From the NCBI GenBank assembly GCA_963726755.1, contig CAVSDB010000001.1, forward strand, positions 1,221,668 through 1,285,667: a DNA stretch of 64,000 bases, written 5' to 3'. Within the stretch, counting starts at the first letter, position 1; the number at the start of each line of letters is the position of its first letter. A program made the translations under genes and the position numbers. This document shows, piece by piece, positions 57,717 through 64,000 of the stretch. The stretch is from an uncultured Actinomycetota bacterium. GTDB lineage: Bacteria > Actinomycetota > Actinomycetes > JAHEKZ01. Under the pieces are notes generated by a model. It worked only from the letters and a program-made list of their open reading frames with translations. It made no database searches and was not told the origin of the DNA.

Positions 57717-57822
57717 AACAATTGTGCGGAATTAGTCGCCGGAGCATCCCAAAGTGCACGAAGGTCCCCCTTCGCGTGCGCGAATTGGTCGTCCCAGCGC
57801 ACAATTTCGCACTGTTGTTGCG
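57717..57822. repeat. Intergenic structured repeat, copy C
   Basis: The left end ACAATTGTGCGGAATT pairs with the right end AATTTCGCACTGTTGT. The central block is CCCCTTCGCGTGCGCGAATTGG. It lies between the convergent SDR gene (ends 57699) and the ABC exporter (ends 57841). Confidence 0.7.
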
Positions 57823-57840
57823 GGGGAGAAACGTGGGTGG

Positions 57841-59722
57841 TTACTGCGCGACTGCGCTCTCTTGCGCGGCGAACTGGGTGCGGTACAGATCCGCGTACTG
57901 GCCACCGGCGGCGTACAACTCGTCGTGCGTTCCTCGCTCGACGATCCGACCGCCACTGACCACGAGGATCATGTCCGCGTGACGGATGGTGGAAAGTCGG
58001 TGAGCGATCACGATGGACGTCCGTCCGCTCAGCGCCACATCGAGGGCTTCCTGCACGTAGCGCTCTGACTCGCTGTCGAGGTGTGCGGTTGCCTCGTCGA
58101 GCACCACGATGTCGGGAGACTTCAGCAACAATCGGGCGATCGCTAGTCGCTGCTTCTCACCGCCCGAGAGCCGGTGACCGCGGTCGCCGACGACCGTGCC
58201 GAGTCCGTCAGCAAGGTCACGGACGAGGTGGTCGATCCGAGCGGACTCGAGCGCCTGCCACAAATCGTCGTCGGTCGCATCCGGCTTGGCATACCGCAGG
58301 TTGGCAGCGATCGTGTCGTGGAACAGGTGGGCGTCCTGAGTGACCACACCGATCGAGTCGTGCATCGACTGCAACGTGACATCGCGCAAGTCCTGGTCAC
58401 CGAGTCGAATCGCGCCATCGGTGACGTCGTACAGCCGCGACACCAGAGACGTGATGGTGGTCTTGCCAGCACCCGACGGACCGACCAGCGCAACGAGTTG
58501 CCCTGGGTGCGCCTCGAAAGTGACGTCGCGCAGCACTTCGCCGCCGGCCATCACTTCGGTGCGAGCCACGGTCTCCAGCGAAGCCAGCGAGACTTCGTCG
58601 GCACCTGGGTACCTGAATCCCACGTGATCGAAGACGACGGACTTCGGGACCACGCGGCACAAGGGCAGCAGCTGGCTTCTCGGAAACCATCGGCGGCAGG
58701 TCAAGTACTTCGAAGACCCGCTCGAAACTGACCAGCGCGGTCATCACGTCGATCCGGACGTTGGTCAGCGCCGTCAACGGACCGTAAAGCCGACTGAGCA
58801 GAGCGGCTAGAGCTACCAGGGTTCCGACGGTCAACGTGCCGTTGATCGCCAGTACGCCACCGATGCCGTAGACCAATGCCGTCGCCAACGAGGCGACCAG
58901 CACCATCGAGGAGAAGAAGATCCGGTTCGACATCGCAATCTTGATCCCGATGTCAGCAACTCGTCGCGCTCGACCGCTGAATTCAGCCGCCTCTTCATCG
59001 GGCGACCGAAGAGCTTGACCAGGAGCGCTCCCGAGACGTTGAACCGCTCGGTCATCGTCGAACTCATCTCGAGCATTGAGCTGCATCGCCTCACGAGTGA
59101 GTTTCGCCAGTCGCCGTCCGACATATCGCGCGGGGATCAAGAAGATCGGCAGCATCAGCAGCGCCACCAGTGTGATCTGCCACGACAACGCCAGCATGGC
59201 GATGGTGACGACGACCAGGCTGATGACGTTCGAAACAACGCTGGACAACGTGGTCGTAAAGGCTTGCTGCGCACCGATGACGTCGGAATTCAGTCGCGAG
59301 ATCAACGCACCCGTCTGAGTGCGGATGAAGAACGCGATAGGCATCCGCTGCACGTGGTCGAAGACTTGACTACGCATGTCGTAGATCAGGCCCTCACCGA
59401 TGCGCGAGGAGTACCAGCGCAGGATCAACGTAAGGACTGCGTCAGCAACCGCGATCGCCGCGACGATGAGGGCCACCGTGATGACGACGGTCTTGTTCCC
59501 CGGTGTTACACCGTCATCGATCAACCGCTGCAACAGCAGCGGAACTGCGACCACGATCAGCGCGTCCACAACCGTCAGGATGAGGAAGAAGACGATCTGC
59601 CACTTGTACGGGCGGGCGTATTCAAAGACGCGTGACACCGTGCCCGGGGTCAGCTTCTGCTTGCCGACCGACTCGTCCCGGGTGAATGAATGCAGCATCA
59701 TCCAAGGGCTGTTGTTGCTCAA
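57841..59722 (-). pseudogene. Fused ABC exporter (TMD-NBD, MsbA/MdlB-like), three frame disruptions
   Basis: The TMD is in ORF 58397..59722 and the NBD in ORF 57841..58704 (Walker A GPSGAGKTT, LSGGEKQR, VVLDEATAHLD). The frame is lost and regained between about 59071 and about 59001; the correct residues EMSSTMTERFNVSGALLVKLFGRP sit in ORF 58831..59124. It is lost again at about 58650 (..LVPRG | VPKSVVFDHVGFRYPG). Confidence 0.85.
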
Positions 59723-59862
59723 ACCAAATCCCCCAGATCAGTAGCGGAGACGTCAGGCGCAGCCGTCTGTGCGATGGCGCGACGCGCCACTAACGAAGCA
59801 ACCATCCCGCGGCGGTCAGACTTCCGCCGGGCGCTACGCCCATGGCGAACGAGAGCCCGAGG

Positions 59863-60114
59863 TCAGGCGCTGGCCTTGCGACGAGTTGCGCCACCTCGTC
59901 CTCGCAGCGTCGCGCCAGACTCACTGAGAACGCGATGGATGAATCCGTACGAACGACCAGTCGCAGCAGCCAGCGAGCGGATGCTCTCGCCCTGCTCGTA
60001 GCGCTTGCGCAAGTCCTCAGAGAGCCTGTCGCGCTCGCCACCGGTGATACGTCGTCCCTTGGGCAGCTCGGTCACAGTGTCCTCCTCGATCGGCTCCGCT
60101 TTGGAATCGATCAT
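59863..60114 (-). CDS. Small helix-turn-helix protein
   Basis: 83 aa. LRKRYEQGESIRSLAAATGRSYGFIHRVLSESGATLRGRGG is the conserved actinobacterial HTH protein often found next to an ABC-F gene. Confidence 0.65.
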   Translation of the reverse strand: MIDSKAEPIEEDTVTELPKGRRITGGERDRLSEDLRKRYEQGESIRSLAAATGRSYGFIHRVLSESGATLRGRGGATRRKASA

Positions 60115-60192
60115 GCGCCATTTACCGCTCGTAGGCCAGTGGACGTCATCCCGCCCTTGCCAGCACTGGCACCCGACCGTATCGACGACGCG

Positions 60193-61791
60193 TCAGGCCA
60201 AGGCGATCAGATCGGCATATTCGGCCGACCAAAGGTCCTCAACACCATCTGGCAGCAGAATGAGCCGCTCTGGAGCCAGCGCTTGGACGGCGCCCTCATC
60301 GTGTGTCACTAGCACGATGGCACCCTCGTAGGTACGCAGTGCGGCGAGGACTTCGTCACGGCTGGCCGGGTCAAGGTTGTTGGTCGGCTCGTCAAGCAGC
60401 AGGACGTTGGCGCTGGAGACGACAAGGGCAGCAAGGGCGAGCCGGGTCTTCTCGCCGCCGGAGAGCGTGCCAGCGGGCTGCGACACGGTGTCGCCGGAGA
60501 ACAAGAAGCTGCCCAGGACGGTCCGGCCCTCTGTCTCGGACAGGTTCGGTGCTGCTGACAACAAGTTCTCGAGGACGGAGCGCTCCGGGTCCAGCGTCTC
60601 GTGCTCCTGCGCGTAGTAGCCGAGTTTGAGTCCGTGTCCGGGTTCCACGTTCCCGGTGTCTGCAGGCTCAACTCCAGCCAGCAGGCGAAGGAGCGTCGTC
60701 TTGCCAGCACCGTTGAGTCCAAGAATCACCACGCGCGATCCGCGGTCAACCGCTAGGTCAACATCGGTGAAGACCTCGAGCGAGCCGTAAGACTTCGACA
60801 GCGCTGCCGCCATCAACGGAGTTTTGCCACAAGGCGCCGGATTCGGGAACCGGAATTTCGCAACTTTGTCAGCCATGCGTACGTCTTCAAGTCCGGACGT
60901 GAGTCGGTCTGCACGTTTCAGCATCGACTGGGCCGCCTTGGCCTTGCTGGCCTTGGCTCGCATCCGTAGCGCTTGATCGCGCAATGTGTTCGCCTGCTTT
61001 TCCGCGTTGGACCGTTCACGTCGGCGACGACGCTCATCAACCTCGCGCTGTTCTAGATACAACCGCCAACCCACGTTGTAGACGTCCATGTGGGACCGGT
61101 TCGCATCCAGGTGCAGTACTCGGTTGATCGTGACTTCGAGCAAGCCAACATCGTGGCTAATCACGACCAGTCCCCCGCGATAGGTCCGCAAGTACTCGCG
61201 CAACCACAGGATCGAATCCGCGTCGAGGTGGTTGGTGGGCTCATCGAGCAGCAGGGTCTCCGCACCACTAAACAGGATGCGGGCGAGTTCGACACGACGT
61301 CGCTGACCGCCCGAGAGGGTCCGTAGCTCCTGGCCGAGTACCCGTTCCTCAAGGCCGAGACTGGCCGCGATCGTTGCTGCCTCTGACTCGGCCGCGTAGC
61401 CTCCGGCGGCTGAGAACTCAGCGTCAAGACGGGAGTAGCGACGCATCGCACGGTCACGGGTGTCTTCGTCAGCACTGGCCATCGCGGTCTCGGCTCGACG
61501 TAGCTCAGCAACAATCACGTCTAGCCCGCGAGCACCAAGGATTCGGTCACGGGCCGCTTGGTTAAGGTCTCCGGTGCGCGGATCCTGCGGGAGGTAGCCC
61601 ACCGATCCCGTGCGGTGCACCGACCCACCGGCTGGCAACCCTTCGCCGGCGAGTACCCGCGTGAGGGTGGTTTTGCCTGCGCCGTTACGTCCGACCAGAC
61701 CTACCCGATCCCCCGCGGCGATGCGAAAGGTTGCGTCGGCGAGCAACAGCCGAGAACCGGCGCGCAGCTCGACATCGGTCGCGGTAATCAC
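60193..61791 (-). CDS. ABC-F family ATPase (two NBDs, no TMD)
   Basis: Two Walker A motifs (GRNGAGKTT, GLNGAGKTT), two signatures (LSGGQRRR, LSGGEKTR), and a basic inter-domain linker (RRRRRERSNAEKQ...). Confidence 0.9.
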   Translation of the reverse strand: MITATDVELRAGSRLLLADATFRIAAGDRVGLVGRNGAGKTTLTRVLAGEGLPAGGSVHRTGSVGYLPQDPRTGDLNQAARDRILGARGLDVIVAELRRAETAMASADEDTRDRAMRRYSRLDAEFSAAGGYAAESEAATIAASLGLEERVLGQELRTLSGGQRRRVELARILFSGAETLLLDEPTNHLDADSILWLREYLRTYRGGLVVISHDVGLLEVTINRVLHLDANRSHMDVYNVGWRLYLEQREVDERRRRRERSNAEKQANTLRDQALRMRAKASKAKAAQSMLKRADRLTSGLEDVRMADKVAKFRFPNPAPCGKTPLMAAALSKSYGSLEVFTDVDLAVDRGSRVVILGLNGAGKTTLLRLLAGVEPADTGNVEPGHGLKLGYYAQEHETLDPERSVLENLLSAAPNLSETEGRTVLGSFLFSGDTVSQPAGTLSGGEKTRLALAALVVSSANVLLLDEPTNNLDPASRDEVLAALRTYEGAIVLVTHDEGAVQALAPERLILLPDGVEDLWSAEYADLIALA

Positions 61792-61863
61792 GCTGCACCA
61801 ATCGTCGGATGAGAGTTAGATCGTGGTCGAACAAGACGCCCTCGCGCCAGTGAATTTCTGCTG

Positions 61864-62190
61864 CTAGACGTTAAAGCCCAGCGCACGGAGTTGCTCGCGG
61901 CCGTCGTCAGTGATCTTGTCTGGTCCCCACGGTGGCATCCACACCCAATTGATTCGGATGTCGTCAACCATGCCGATCAACGCGACTCGCGTCTGGTCCT
62001 CGATCACGTCCGTCAGAGGGCACGCCGCCGAGGTCAGCGTCATGTCGACGACCGCGATGCGGTCATCGTCCACCGTGATGCCGTAGACCAAGCCGAGGTC
62101 GACCACGTTGATACCCAGCTCTGGATCGACAACGTCTCGCATCGCCTCGGTGAGGTCGTCAAGGGACGGCGTGGTGGTTGACTCGGTCAT
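61864..62190 (-). CDS. sufT: Fe-S assembly protein SufT (DUF59/MIP18 family)
   Basis: VVDPELGINVVDLGLVYG...TLTSAACPL. The ATG at 62190 overlaps the sufU stop as ATGA. Confidence 0.8.
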   Translation of the reverse strand: MTESTTTPSLDDLTEAMRDVVDPELGINVVDLGLVYGITVDDDRIAVVDMTLTSAACPLTDVIEDQTRVALIGMVDDIRINWVWMPPWGPDKITDDGREQLRALGFNV

Positions 62191-62647
62191 GACTGCTCCT
62201 TGATTGACACCGCTTGCGCGACGGCGTCCTTGAACGCCATCCAACTGAGTAGTGCGCACTTTATGCGCGCTGGATATTGGGCGACACCAATGAAGGCCAC
62301 CGCATCGCCAAGTTCGTCTTCGTTCGGTTCGGCCTCTCCTCGAGACTGCATCATCTCGAGGAAAGCAACTTGTCGATCAAGTGCGGTGGACAACGGTTCG
62401 TCGATGACAAGTTCGCACATGACTGACGTCGATGCCTGGCTTATCGAACAGCCCATCGCTTCGTACGAGACGTCCTTCACGACTTCACCATCGACACCAC
62501 GTTCGAGGTGCACCCGAAGGGTAACTTCGTCACCGCACGTCGGGTTGACGTGATGGACCTCAGTGTCGAACGGCTCGCGTAAACCTTGGTGCGTTGGTCG
62601 ACGGTAGTGATCGAGGATGATTTCTTGGTACATCGTCTCGAGTTTCA

Positions 62648-62648
<1 letters not shown>
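62187..62648 (-). CDS. sufU: SUF-system Fe-S scaffold/sulfurtransferase SufU
   Basis: YQEIILDHYRRPTH, NPTCGDEVT, GCSISQAS, and ARIKCALL. Confidence 0.9.

Positions 62649-64000
<1,352 letters not shown>

Noticed and set aside
2094-59722. Programmed ribosomal frameshifting as the explanation for the split genes.
   Set aside because: The breaks fall in unrelated gene families, inside conserved domains. They lack slippery heptamers or downstream structures, and both +1 and -1 corrections are needed. Indels, real or artefactual, are far more parsimonious.

Overview
The window is high-GC chromosomal DNA from a mycothiol-producing actinobacterium. The markers are mshC, the fabG1-inhA pair, the sufC-S-U-T tail of the suf operon, uppP, a PAC2 protein and a dodecin. 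I can support about 75 protein genes, one tRNA-Leu(GAG), three strong hairpin terminators and a small intergenic repeat family. I see no rRNA, CRISPR array, transposase, integrase or prophage. The content is mostly housekeeping or accessory metabolism: ABC transporters, Mo-cofactor genes (mobA, moeA, moaA), TldD/PmbA, SPFH/NfeD, and many small VOC/ABM/DinB-type enzymes.

Five things deserve a second look:
1. At least 12 genes carry about 15 single-base frame disruptions, mostly at 2-3 nt G/C runs. This is either homopolymer assembly error or real gene decay.
2. An operon of two diverged GcvT-like aminomethyltransferases, a TetR regulator and a CrtI-like flavoprotein sits divergent from purU. 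This looks like an uncharacterised tetrahydrofolate-dependent demethylation module.
3. The conserved but functionally unknown actinobacterial trio (PI-kinase-like SCO1664 family, DUF3090, phosphomutase-like) lies next to mshC.
4. A structured repeat of about 105 nt with inverted termini is present in three copies, always between convergent genes. Two copies are tandem and appear to include a duplicated moaA 3' end.
5. A 6-kb stretch is packed with VOC/Glyoxalase-like paralogues and a LipJ-like hydrolase-cyclase fusion.

All family assignments come from motifs read by eye in the ORF translations and from memory of those families. No database search was run.
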